Shown here one piece after another: positions 14,386 to 27,995 of a DNA stretch of 64,000 bases. The stretch covers positions 62,001 to 126,000 of the forward strand of contig NW_026865212.1 in assembly GCF_026571515.1 (NCBI RefSeq), in the 5' to 3' direction. This stretch comes from Ruditapes philippinarum. Taxonomy: Eukaryota. Made by a program: the position numbers and the translations under genes. The stretch's first letter is position 1. Each line of letters starts with the position of its first letter. The notes below the pieces were generated by a model. It saw only the letters and a program-made list of their open reading frames with translations, was not told the origin of the DNA and did not search any database.

Positions 14386-14790
14386 GATCCTTCGGAAGCA
14401 ATAATCACAATTAAATTACATGAAAACTGCAGACTAGGTTTGATTGAGTCTGTACATTAGGGATAATGAAAAGGTGCAGCATATCTCATGTCGTATAAAC
14501 ACGCATTACTGCCCACAATGATAAACGCTATGAAAAAAAAGCAATTAAGCATATTTATCATATGATATGTTATACATCGAAAACCATATGTATACTTTAA
14601 ACACTTTATGTTCCTTAATTTTTTTATCATGCCAAAAGAATGCTCAATGACACTTAACATTTTTGATATACTTTATCAAATAGAAAAAACAGGAATCCCC
14701 AAAGAAAGTCCAAAACGGCAAAATTGAAAATGTTGCAGACTCGGTTTGATTGAGCCTGCTAAAAGACGGTACTGTCATGTGCAAACTACC
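14386..14790. repeat. Dispersed repeat family R, longer copy
   Basis: Colinear with 6588-6910 (CCACAATGATAAACGCTATGAAAAAA...ATACATCGAAAAC), and ends in a second GACTCGGTTTGATTGAG core. Confidence 0.65.
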
Positions 14791-16160
14791 GTTTTTTGTT
14801 TTTGTTATAAATATTTTTTCTTGTTGTTTTTTTTGTTTGTTTTTTAATGGTTTTGTTTTTTTAATGTTTTTTTTTTCTTATAGAGAAAGTAATTTTGCAC
14901 TAGAGAGGAGGGAAATCAAGCTCAAGAAGGAACGATATAATTATATTGGATATGTGGCGGAACATTTGCAGGCTACTGTCCTCAAAAACAGGGTGAGAAC
15001 AATCAGCAGGAGGAGGAACCGTTAAAAACTACCACATTATCACACCACTTTAATATGGAAAAGTCACAAATGGTCAATTCATTTTTAGGCCGCCATTAAA
15101 ATTATGAATTTTACAAACATCTTAAAATATTCTCTAGATTCTAGAACATAAGATCTTCTCCAAAAATATTTTTCTTATGCATTTGTCTGATATTGTTGGA
15201 CAAGGGACATTCGACTATGAAATGGAATACATCCTCCAGAGTGTTACAAAGTTTACAAATTCATTGTTCAAATAATATTTTATGTGCTGTATGCCATCTA
15301 TGTACTTCTACTTAAAGATAATGTGATGATACTCTCAGTCTCGTTAATGCTTTTCTAAATTGTGTAATTTTTATAATGTATGAATATGGCAGCCTGATAT
15401 CTAAAATATGAAAATAGTTCATATGTCCTGGCTCTTGTCGTATTTTCTAACTGAACGTTCCAAAGTTGTAATCATTATAATCATACAGTCTTTGCTTATA
15501 TACATCAATAAACATTTTTTTGATTCCAGTTCTTTGAAATAGCCACACATGAAACCTAAGTAGTTAAACAAAGGTTCAACTCCTTGCTCGCTATTGCCTC
15601 GTGCGTTACGCTAAAAGAACCACTCGTGAATGTATATACTAAAGATTTTTAACAATGTCTACAACATGACCGTTAAATGTAAAATTCATATTTCTTTCTT
15701 TTTTTGCATTCTTCTCTAAAATCAATAAAATGTAAATTAGTTTTTCTTTAAATGTTAGCTATTAGTTTCCATTTCATACAATAATCAAATAACAAATCCA
15801 AACCTTTTAGTAAACTTGTTTCTGTTTAAGCAAAAACACAATATCATCAGCATAAAGCAAAAGGAACTGTTTAAACATATCTTTAGCTTTACACCATCAA
15901 ATCCATACAATGAGAGCCTTGTATGGCTGAAGTAATTGCTGAAGTAATTGTTAAGATGCTCCTGAAGTCGTATATTTTGTTGTTTTTTTCCAGATGACTT
16001 ATATTCTTTAAGATTTAACTAATACATGACAGTTTTCAAAATATCTCATCATAAAATGTGTGATCTTTATAATTACATACTGTACAATTTGTTTAGGCAT
16101 TATTTGATTGCTCATTCCCAGTTGTTCTCAAATTCCATCTATAGTCATTGTGTAGCTTCA

Positions 16161-16380
16161 TACGCGCCATTTGTGTAACTCAATACGCGCCATTTGTGTA
16201 ACTCAATACGCGCCATTTGTGTAACGCAATACTCGCCATTTGTGTAACTCAATGCGCGCCATCTGTGTGACTCAATACGCGCCATTTGTGTAACTCAATA
16301 CGCGCCATTTGTGTAACTCAATACGCGTCATTTGAGTAGTTCCATAAGCGCCTTTTGTGTATATCAATACGCGCCATTTG
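16161..16380. repeat. 23-bp minisatellite, ~9.5 copies
   Basis: Head-to-tail TACGCGCCATTTGTGTAACTCAA units with no spacers. Confidence 0.95.
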
Positions 16381-18982
16381 GCACATCACTCACAAAACTT
16401 TCAACTACATGATGTATGATGAAGTACATTTGAAAAACACAAATATTGATATATAATAAAATAAAATTTGATACGCTTTATCACGAGGACATTAAGATTA
16501 AGCTGTGCATTTCATCATGTAAACTTTTTCCCGGCGATGAGACAATAACTTTAATTATTTATTCGATTTATGTTTTGAAGGGAAATGGTGAAAGACATCC
16601 GTGATCCTGCCATTGTAGAGATGTATAAAATAAAAGAACTGTGTGCTGCGAAAGGGGTAGACGAGGAAATTCAAAAGCGACTTGGTAGTGCTATAACTCT
16701 TGCAGAGGCTAGTTGTCCTTTTTAATATTCCTTTCATAAAGTTGTTAATTTGTGAGAAATCGACAACTTAACAAAGATATATGTAATATCGATACGATTT
16801 TTGTTTTTTTGTTTTATAAAAGCTTGACTTTTAAGTATTTACTCGTGTCGTGATTATTATTATCATTATATCAATGTAGATTTCCTTCAATGTGTTATTT
16901 AAGACGTATACGAAAAGAGAGCAATCTTTTCCCAATTGCACTTAAAATGTTATTTGCTTTTATCATTTTGTATGTATAAGTTAAATGATTTGATTCAACG
17001 AATTCTTCTTTTACGAACTTCAGAAAATGTCTTTCAAGACATTGAACATTCGTTGCATATTATAACGATGTTGTCACTATTTCAGGCACGTGATGCATAT
17101 TGTGAAAGTGTCAGTTCTGGACCAAGTGATGCACTTGCTACCCTACATAAAGGCACGCTTAGTTACCCCTTCGATCAAGCTTTTGAGGATGGGAAAACAA
17201 AATGGCCATTGAGTCCTGTAATGCTATCTGGGCATTTGGAAGGTTTGATGTTTCCTTATGGTCAAGGCCAAGGTCACAAATGTATTCGTAAAGTAATGAT
17301 TTGATTTTTTTCATAAAAGTGCAATGATGGTTGTGTCCGGTCTTTAATTCTGTAATTCTACATATTGATGATGCGACGCGCATAGAGGTAAGGTCCCCAG
17401 TCTCCACAATTGTATGTCAATCTTGAAGGTTGTAAATATTTTCTTCTTTTGTACACATCTTTATCGATCATGGATGGACTTTGAAAAGATTATGTATAAA
17501 TTTGCTGCTCATTAAGATGATATGAAATCAATAAAATTTATATCAGCATCCCAAGCGTAAATTTCATACAATAATGTCAAAAGCCATTGATAGCCAGTCA
17601 TGTCCAGTCCATGTCGTTATATAATTAAGTGACATATTTTTTAATATACTAGTTTAAAAATATGGTTCTTTACAACAATTTTCTGATGGGTATATAGCTT
17701 AAGATCAAGGCCTTGCACGTTCATTTAATGAAAGATCGAAGTTTATATGCATTCAATATTTTTGTCAACCATGAATGGATTTTTATAAACTAGGCATTGT
17801 TTTGTGGCACATTTGGAAAAATATCTTACACACAAGCGCCAGATTGACAGTTTAAAAGGTTAAAATTATATTTGAATAACAAAAGAGGACATTGATGGTT
17901 GTGTCTGCTCATATTTTTGCCATTTATTCATATACTTTTTGAAATAAATGGGCTCACTGAAAATATGAGAAAAATATTTGTTAATGTTTCTATATTCTTG
18001 TAACACTTTTTAAGTAACCATGTCTTTGATGCAAGTCAAAGTTTATGTTCCCTCTACTGGGAATTGCTTCCAACATAAGTTCGTTTATAGAATGAATATT
18101 GTTAAGGAATACACGTTTAGAGCGAAACAAATATATCTTTTTAGGCAAATTCTTGCAAAGTATTGTTAGCATGTCAAAAGCGAAAAAAGTTCTCGAAGTT
18201 GGTACGTTTACCGGATATGCAGCTTTGGCATGCGCAGAAGTACTTCCAGAGGACGGCACCGTAACAACATTAGAATATGATCCATTTTTAGAAGATATGA
18301 TAAAAGAATTTTTCTCGAAATCACCACATGGAAATAAAATCACTGTCAGAATTGGTAAGTTAAAAGTGTGTTATATAAAACAAAAGAAAATTGGAAACAT
18401 TAAGGGAAAAGCGATCTTATTCTTAATAATTTCTAAATAAGCACTTCCTGATCCTAAAGGGATGCTAAGGCAAAGTAATGACAAAAATATTAAAATGAAA
18501 TATGTACAGAAATCACGATTAAAATGACATTTTTTAAAGTCCAAGCATGAATTTCTGTTTAAATTCTACATACGTGTATCAGGTGTATCTATTGTTCTCC
18601 TAAATAAGGAAATCGACAAAAACACATTGTTCGATAAAAAAGATCTAGAGAAAAGGTGATACTTCGGAAGCATGAATAACCAAAAGAAATCACATGAAAA
18701 TTGCAGACGACTCGGTTTGATTAAGTCTGCACGTGAGAAATAATGAAATCTGCAACGTCATGCACGTCCCTTACGGTGCTAACTTTTCATCGTTTATATT
18801 GCTGAAATAATGAAATCAGTTTACAAGCACAGAAAAATTACCATATTAAAACATCTTTAATAAAAACTGGAGAGGTGACACAAGATGTATCAACTTAAAC
18901 GTTGATTATAATTATGTGTCAATATAAGTCTCAAAAAGAATCCACCTGGCTTGTCCTACGACCACCCGTCTCTTTATGATAT

Positions 18983-19175
18983 GAGCCGCGCCATGACAAA
19001 ACCAACATAATGGGTTTGCGACCAGCATGGATCCAGACCAGGCTGCGCATCCGCGAAGTCTGATCAGGATCCATGCTGTTTGCTATCAGTTTCTCTTCTT
19101 GTTATAGAGTTTGTAAGCGAACAGCATGGATCCTGATCAGACTGCGCGGATGTTGGATTTGTCGTGACGCGGCTC
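18983..19175. mobile_element. MITE with GAG...CTC termini and ATAT target duplication (Sola-like)
   Basis: TIR GAGCCGCGCCATGACAAAACCAACA / TGTTGGATTTGTCGTGACGCGGCTC. Internal inverted repeat CTGATCAGGATCCATGCTGTT / AACAGCATGGATCCTGATCAG. ATAT on both sides. Confidence 0.85.
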
Positions 19176-19642
19176 ATATGTTGTCTTGCATATCTTAAGA
19201 TTTCAACATTTATAATATTCGCTTGGAACATTCGAAAATTGCATCAGTTATTCCGGTATTACTCTATAAGAATCTGCTTATTGCTGAAACACCCATTTTT
19301 TCAAACAACGTACAAAGAAAGTGAGATCTGGTTTCCGCTTTAATATTGCTGCATGATTTTCATTTTTAATAAAATAATTGATTTTATGAAGCTAAATCAT
19401 CGATTATAATTTTTTTTTTAATTTAATCACTTTCTACTTAATGTAAGTAGTATATAAAAAAAAAAGTTCAAATTTTATTTGCAAATCGGCAAATCCTTGC
19501 CTTTGGCAATACATACAAAACATATACATACATAGATCTTGAAATATAGCACACATAACTACAAGATACATATATAAACATTTCAAATATCAGTATTCGT
19601 TTTGAAATTAACAAATAACAAAGTAGTGTTAATAATATATCA

Positions 19643-22600
19643 TTAATTTCGTCTATTTATCATTTGTTCCATGTTATTAGATCGTAAATCAAAAGCTTTG
19701 TCCAAGTACTTACTTATCAGTAATAATCTATGTTTATTATTAGATGACATGATATAATAAAACTTATTCAGTGTGGGAAAAGATGCATTACGAATAAAAA
19801 GTTTTCTTAATTCTGAATAAAATGGACAACAAAGCAGGAAGTGATATTCGGATTCTATCATGTTTTGAGTACAAAGTTTACATATTCTCTCACTTCTGTT
19901 TAAACCTATATATCTGCCAGTTTTTCAATTTCTAGAGAATGGGAACCAAGTCTGAAACATGTCAAACGTTTTCTTAACTTGTCATTTTGTATTACATTTA
20001 GATATTCCTCAAAACAAAAATTTGATTTTGAAATTCCTAAAATAAAGAGTTTTTGGCATGTTATTTATTTGCTCATGCCAATTTTGTATAAATTGATCTC
20101 TAAGGCGTTGTTTAAAAAATTAAGCTAAAATCAGAAATAACATTATAGTTATCTAACAAATATGAAAATCCTAACTCATTAATAATAGTATGAGCTTGCC
20201 TAGCCCAGCATTTATTATTTCCATTAACACATTGATCTAAATACATGCTATATATAGGCGAATGCTGATTATTAACAATTTTATTCCAAAACTTTAAAGA
20301 TCTTTCTTTACATAAAATTGACAAAGGAAATTTACCAAGTTCTCCATAGACAGCACAATTAGGAGTTTGTTTTTTAACACCAAGTACATATTTATAAAAT
20401 TTTATTTGCAGTTTATCAATATCTTTATATTTGTAAATTCCCCATACATCTGAACCATATAACAGAATTGGAGTTATCAGACTATCAAAAAAGGTGCAGT
20501 TTAGTTTTTACATCTAGCTTTATTCTGTCAAAAATACCCAATAGACTGTTATATGCTCTAAGGCCTTGCTCTGCAAGAGTCTTAGTTGCTTCAGAAAAGC
20601 TACCCGTATAAGAAAATTTTACACCTAAATATGAAAAATTATTCAACAATATCTACAAATTGACCATCAATGTTTATACTAAAATTATGTACAGATTTCC
20701 TTCTTTCAAAAACACAAACTTTAGTTTTATTAACATTTATTTTAAGCCCCCATTTTGACGAATAACTATATACATTATCAACTTGAGCTTGCAAGCTCTC
20801 TGGACTTGTAGTGAAAAGCACGATATCGTCTGCAAAAAGTAGCAAATATTTAGACAAGAGTTCAAGGTCGCTATTCGACATTTTGTTAAGATCTATACAT
20901 TTTTCAATATCATTTAAAAAAAGAATAAATAGCAGGGGAGATAATGGCTCGCCTTGCTTTAATCCAAGAGTTACGTCGAAAAAATCTGACATACTCATAA
21001 AAGCATTAATTTTTACACATGACACTACAGACGAATAAATTGCCTTAACATATTTATCATTTTACAACTAATACCAGTATCTAACAGCTTAATCCATAAC
21101 GCATCTCTTATAACTGTGTCAAAGGCCTTTTCATAATCAATGAAAATACAATAGAGTTTAGAATTTTTTGCTAAAACTTTTCTGAATTATGGAATGAAGA
21201 ATAAAAATAGCATCAGAGGTTGATCTCGAATCTCTAAAACCAAACTGAATATCGCTGAAAATTCTTTCTGACTCACACCATTTATTAATTCTATTGCGCA
21301 ATATCAACGAAAAAAATTTTGGCCATACAATTTACCAAAGTTATGCCCCCTGTAGTTCGAGGGATTATCATGATCACCTTTCTTATGTATTGGGACAATT
21401 ATCCCCTTACACCATGAATCGGGATAAACACCTGTTTCAAATATTTTATTAAAGATAACACACAGATATTTACTTATAAAATAATTAGCATCAATGAAAA
21501 AATCCGCCACTATATTTTGATAATCCGCACTTTTATTTCTATTCAACGATGAAATTGTTTTAGAGATCTCATCTATTGTTATTTGGGTATCTAGCTGCTC
21601 GACGTGTACAGGTGAATCACGTGACTGTGAAAAATCGTCTGCATTTAAAGCGGCTGTGTTGCGTATTGCAAATACGCGAAAAATGATCAACAAAAGCATT
21701 TAAATTTTGACAATTATTGGCTTTCGATTTACTTTTATACTTATTTATATATTTCCAAAATTTCCGGGGAGACGTTTTACACATATCTGAAAGATTTGAT
21801 TTCTCCTTAGAATAATATAAATATTTTGCATGTCTCTTAACCCTTGCATACTTAGTTCTGCTTGTCAAAAATAACAACATATTTTCATTAGAACTGTTCA
21901 AAGCAAAATTTCGTTTTTTGTTTAGAAAATCTGATTTAGCATTTCTGCATTCATGATTAAACCATGGCGATTTTCTATTATTTTTTTGCTTATTTTTATG
22001 AAATGTTTTACCATGACATTTATAAGATATATCATAAATCGTTTGAGATAAAGTGTTTATACAATAGTCAATATCATTTTCACCTGACATTAGTTTATCA
22101 CATATATTTTCAAACACATGTCTATTTTCTTCCAGCAAGTTGCAAAAATTATTATTATTTTCAGTATTCCATACAATTTTATTTATTGGTGGTACCTGTA
22201 TATTTTTGCTATTACTTTGACTATAACTTAATGAAAATGAAATAGGACAGTGATCTGAAAATTCTGTCATATCCATAACACATACATCGTTCAAAGAGGA
22301 AAAATTTTCGAAATCCGTTAAAAGATAGTCCACTGTACTCATAACAGCTCTGTTTCTAAATTTCGAATGAAAAGTACAAAAACCTGGTTCTAAGCGCCCA
22401 TTAGCTATGATAATTTTATTTTCTTTGCACAAAGTTAATAATTTGTAACCAAAAGAATTAACGTGTGTATCGTTGTTTGATCGCTTCGGAATATCCTGGA
22501 TCTCGTCGGTCGGAAGCGCAGTGAAACGATCTAAGTGAATGTTCTCTACATGGTCCAGCCTCTCACCCGTTCGAGCGTTGAAATCGCCCATGCAGAAGAC

Positions 22601-23058
22601 TTGACCAAGGTCACTATATTTACGAATATCCTCATTTAATTGCTCAAAAAAGTCAAACTCGAAAAGTTTGGAATTTACATCTTTATAAACATTTGAATCC
22701 TCAGGTGGAATGTAACATGTACCTAAGTAAATATCTGTTTCACATCCAAAATGCTCTTTTTTTAATTTAATCCAAACGATACCTTTTAAGTTTATATTCA
22801 CAATCTCAAGCTTATTTACCAAACTATCTTTATAATAAATAACAATCCCTCCACTACTACGTTTCGCTTTTGACTTACTGTTAGGTCTAGGACCATGTAC
22901 ATAATCAAAACCATTAATTTTTAAATTTGTAAGTTTTGAAGTCCATGTCTCTGTTAACAGCACAATATCATATGAAGAGATGAGATTTAAAAAGTCAATA
23001 TCATTCAACTTAGACTTTAACCCATTAATATTCCAAGATAATATATTTAAGTATTCCC
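19643..23058 (-). pseudogene. LINE ORF2 (APE endonuclease plus reverse transcriptase), frameshifted
   Basis: ORF pieces 21617-23008 (LTETW, GDFNAR, VDY, SDH), 21304-21699 (IVPIHKKG...NYRG), 20639-21025 (GLKQGEPLSPLLF, LFADD), 20112-20324 and 19643-19861. Confidence 0.9.
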
Positions 23059-23068
23059 ATTTTATTTC

Positions 23069-23511
23069 CTATTTAGTAATGTTGCGGGCAGAATTCTGTT
23101 GCTGGGCACCTGGAATTGTAGGCAAATTTTCTATTTCTTGTATTGGGAGAGAGTCTACCGTGTACATTTTATTATTGACGAAAAGTTTGTCCATATGTAG
23201 ACTTGCTCGTAACCCAGCATCACGCGCTTTCTTCAGAGACGGGTAGAGTAGTCTCCGTCGCTGCTGGACCGGAACCGGAAACTGATCGCTCACACTATGA
23301 TTTATTGATCCTTTCTTGTCTAGTACTCTCTGTTTTATTTCAAGCTTGTCTTTATGATAGTTAAATTTCACAACAATTGGACGTTTTTTGTTGGCCATAA
23401 ATTTTCCGACTCTATGCGCTCTGTCTATTTTCAAGGTGTTGTGTGCGTCTGCAAAACCTAGTGCATCAGTACAAAAATCTAAAATTTTCTTTTCACAGTT
23501 CTCTCCCTTTC
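23069..23511 (-). pseudogene. LINE ORF1 C-terminal part (L1-ORF1-like RRM/CTD)
   Basis: KIDRAHRVGK...RPIVVKF...SDQFP...RRRLL...DKLFVNNKMY. The N-terminal residues of the ORF-track call come from flanking DNA. Confidence 0.8.
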
Positions 23512-24395
23512 TATATAATATATATAATAATCTATGTGCTGTAATAATGTAATAATTGAGAATAAATAATGACAACACCAGGAAACAGAAATACTTATTC
23601 CTTTAAATTACTGATTGATCCAAATTGGCTGTCACCTAAACATAATTATCAAACTTTTCTGTTATAGAAGTGATACTTTAAAACCCGCCATTAAACGACA
23701 GAAACGTGACATGTAAATAATTATTACCAATCATTGCTTTAATTGATTAACATACAGCAATAGCTCTAAAATACATGAGGATAATTCAATCTTGTAATTT
23801 ACATTTAAGAATGTCAAATATGAAGTTGACTTTAGTGGTTTACAGTCACCTATCATAACAAATCGAACCTCAACACAAAATGTTGATTATGACTGCCTTA
23901 ATATATAACAAAATAACTCACCACTGTGCACTACTGTCCACTACAACAGCAACATCACCAAAATGTAACCGAATATCAATAATTTTACATACTGTGACTG
24001 TCAGTAGAAGAGGTTATATCAAACATGTGTCAAGATATTGAAGATATAAAGTGATCTTTTACATTTCGTAAATATAAGAGTCTCATACCTCAATTATCTA
24101 GAATTAGATCTTACTGCTTCTAGCTCATAAAAGATCTTACAATTGATTTATATAAATAGACGAAGCAACATCCAACCGACGATGAAGTTCAGAGTAAAAA
24201 ATGATGCTAACGTACTTCAATCTCTCCTATTTCACAGGAGAAAATGAAGGGTTTAAAACTCTAGGTCCCCTCCTCCCCCTTTTGGCACTTCGCATAAATT
24301 TCATCGTACCGTCAAATTCTATTTATAACCTTAACATATTTTTTGTTTCTGTTAGACATGGTGAACGAAATTGATCAAATCTGGAAACTCAATGT

Positions 24396-25250
24396 GATCC
24401 TTCGGAGGCATTAACCACAACAAAATTACAAAAGAATTGCGGACTCTCTTTGTCTATACATGAGGGATAATGAATAAATGCAACATCACTCACGCCCCTT
24501 AGCACCGGCTTGAGCGGTACTCAATTCTCAACAGCCGACATGTAGAAAAAGTTCTACATAAAAACAAAACACAATTTAAAATGTGTCTCTCTTACGATAC
24601 AGAATTAAAAAAAACAACTTTAATATCATTTTATATTTTAAATAAAATTGCAAATGTATCACCAAAAGTGACACAATATTTATTTTAAATACACAACTGT
24701 CCCTTTATATCGTTGAAATTACTCAAATTCAAAATGCCGGACGAAACACGCCCAAATATTCAATGTTAGCAGCTAGAAAACATAAGCTCCAACGATCAGT
24801 TTGATTACAATTCGCTCCTCCTCAATAACCTACTAAAAACCAACCAATAAAAACTACTTCAACTGGTCAAAGTCTTTTCGATATTATTTTAGTTATTTTG
24901 AATAAATACAAGTCTATGTATTAATTAAAGTAACCTAACTGTTCATTTATCGTACACTCATTACAAAAAATATGCTATCAACAGTAGATCAGAACATATC
25001 TTTGTACAATTATCACATCGGTAACAAATAGAAAAACATTAAAAAAAAATGGAAAAAAAAACAAACAAACAAGCCCCTAAAGAACGCCCCAAACGACAAA
25101 TTGAAAATATTCCTGGCTCTGTTTTATTGAGCCTGTTCATGGACGGTACTGGAAAGTGCAAGATACAGTCCATGCCCCCTAGCACATGCTTAAGCAGAAT
25201 TCAACATTTAAAAATGAAAAACTGTAAAATCTTCAATTTAAAAACATTCA
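24396..25250. repeat. Dispersed repeat family R (5' and 3' cores)
   Basis: GATCCTTCGGAGGCA...GCCCCTTAGCACCGGCTT at 24396-24510, and TTGAGCCTGTTCATGGACGGT...GCCCCCTAGCACATGCTTAAGCAG at 25127-25198. Confidence 0.6.
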
Positions 25251-27139
25251 ATTTGAAACGAATACAACCAGACGTAACGGTGTCTCAAGCAATGAAAAAT
25301 TTGAACTATCACACATTGACAGACTCAATCATACCTGAGTGTGAAATTTACGTGTAATTTGGTTGCTTTAATTTCTTCCAAGGCATCTCCCTTGTTCCAG
25401 ATTTTTCCACAAAATAACCTTGCCCTTAATCGTTTCAGGTGATGCGAAGGACACTTTGCTAGAGCTTGCAGAAGAAAAGGCTTAATACGATATTGTCTTT
25501 ATAGACGCTAATAAAGATGGATACATCGACTATTTCAAGGTAATCTTAACAATATTTGAAATGACCAAAACATCTTTACAAGAAAAATCCCGCCCTTTGT
25601 TTTTTTTTATTTTGTGTAAGAGAAATAGCCTTCTGTTCACAAGGATTATGACCATATCTGAAGTTAATAACCTATCCTTTGGCTTTGTCTTTGTTAAAAA
25701 ATATCTTGACAAAGTTTGTATGAGAGCTACATCTAGTTGTTTATTAATCATGAATTTGTCAAGTGATTTAGCAACGATTTGTAAAGGATTATGTCTTCAT
25801 TGATGCGCCCGCTTTGTTCATATCCTTAATTGTAACCTTTCATGCCCGCCCATAACGTGTTTGTTTAGGGTATTTTCAAATCTGAGTAATTTAACAAACT
25901 TGTTTTCTTTTAATACCTGAAAAGTTGCAATAAGTTTGAATATTGTTTCACATGTAAACATTTTGTTAAAATGATAACTTACATGTAATAAATATCGCTG
26001 AAATTGTAGCTAAAAGATAAAAATAAACTGTCTCTGTAAAATAGTTGTCAATTAGTGCGATATGCAATTAAAAAGGTTTTAAAGCTTTTAAGTATATACT
26101 TGAACAAAGCTTCTTATTAAGGCCTCATAAGTAATATCGTTTGGTTGTTTTTCGTAGTGTTATATACTTTATCCTTTGCTTGTCTTTGTACATGCCTTTT
26201 TTATTCTAACATGTTAAATGAAAGTTGACAAACCCTATTTCGATAGCAGACAACTTTCAGTCGTTTATAATTAATTTATACAGCCATGCGCTTGAGTTTT
26301 GTTTCGATGTTTATTTTTCATTATAATGATGTTGTTCCTTTTTTATGATAGTATCAATTTTATCTGCATTTTTTATCTTCCACATGGGAGAGTAGACCGT
26401 GATGAGCAAAGACCTTCTTGTCAAAGGAGGAACGATAGTGTTCGACAATGCATTTATGGGTGGTCATGCATATAATCCCGAATCAACAAATGAACATGGA
26501 CTTGCAATAAGACAGTGCAATGAATATTTGAAATCCAGGGACGATATATTCCGAGTAAGTAAAACAATTAATTCTATGAAGAAGTCTGCTTCTTTTGCTA
26601 CGTTACAGTTATCTTTGAAACTATTTATAGTTATACTATTATATTTTAACCTATGTGGCTGTTACAATTTTCATCAACTTGCTCGTAACACTAACATAGC
26701 AAATATATTCGCCGTTTTCTAATTAGAAAACATATTTAAAATTCTGAAAAAAAATCCTGGAGAGCCCGAAATGAGATTGTTGTCACAAGCAGTCTTGGCT
26801 TCTCTCTATGTTCGGTTTCTATAATTTCCTATTATGTATTATTAAAATAATCACCCCAACTTTTTTTATGCACAAAATATGGGAAACGAGAAACTTAAAG
26901 TTGCTGAAAGGCCATTTTAGACAAAAAAGCTAAAATATTTAAAAATTCTATCCTCTGCTTTTTCACAAACAAATCGATTCCGTTTATTTTCTCCCCAGTT
27001 TGTTAATCTCTACTGGGTTGAAATGTGATTAATGTTTATGTGGCTTTTTTGGTTTGTTTGTTTTTGGGACTCAAAGGCATCATTAACCAAAACCTGCAAA
27101 TAATTTTGTCCCACCCCGTAATCGTTACATTTGATTAGA

Positions 27140-27995
27140 ATTCAAGTATTCCCGGTAACCAATTGGGGACTGAATATTTTACTTCGAAATATCGATGGTT
27201 TCGATAATCGAAATCGGAATTATGGATAGACGAAAACTCTCCACTTTTGACCCAATCAGCTCAGTCTCCCAGACTACACGTGTTCTAAAACCTTGGTGTA
27301 GACCGTGCCTCTGTGTGAGTTCGTGAGGGAAAAATAGATATTTAAAGAAAAATGCCCGTAAAACTTATTTTATGACATTGAAGACAATAAATTGTGCATT
27401 TTCAATCGTAGCATCTCTCTGTTTTCTTTCGCGCCAAATGCTCTCGTTTACCAATTTTGCTCGTCCTATACGGTATTTACAGCTAAACTCTGGTATTTTC
27501 GATTAGGAAAAATTAAGGCTCTCATGTAGCGTTACAATTAATGAAAAAAATGTTTTGGATGTTTTGACAAATTCACATATACGGAATGTATAAAAAATTA
27601 ATTGCTGTCATCTTAAAACAAAATCGGACACGGTGCACGTTAATTAAAGTTGATTAAAGAACACACGAAGAGTTATTATCATGATTGTCTAATTACACGC
27701 ATGACAGTGGATATTTTTCACAAGTCGACTGGTCAGCGAGTGGATCTGCGTCAATTAGTCTGGCTTCGAATAATAATTAGGCTGGCTTCGAATAATAGGT
27801 GTGAAATTCTTTCGTAATTGTATAATCGGGACCGAAATTTTACTTCGAAAAATAGGAGGTATTCGGATAATGCATTTCGAATAATACGCTCGTATTTATA
27901 TTGTTTTATATAGAGATAAAAACGGGACCAGCGATCTACTTCGGATAATGCCGGGTATTCGAATAAAGGGTTGTCGAATAACCGGGGTCGGACTG
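27140..27995. mobile_element. Truncated pogo/Tigger-like MITE
   Basis: Right end TCGAATAACCGGGGTCGGACTG followed by TA, with many TTCGAATAA subterminal repeats. Left TIR not recognisable. Confidence 0.55.

Larger units (their letters stand above)
19458..23511 (-). mobile_element. 5'-truncated non-LTR retrotransposon (LINE, RTEX or CR1/L2-like) in an intron of OMT2
   Basis: ORF1 C-terminus, then an APE endonuclease, RT motifs and a C-terminal ESEYHFLLCC motif. AATAAA near the 3' end (plus-strand TTTATT ~19474). Candidate TSD TATATAA at 19451-19457 and 23512-23518. Confidence 0.93.

Noticed and set aside
16161-16380. Possible CRISPR array
   Set aside because: Units are head-to-tail with no unique spacers, there are no cas genes, and the context is eukaryotic.
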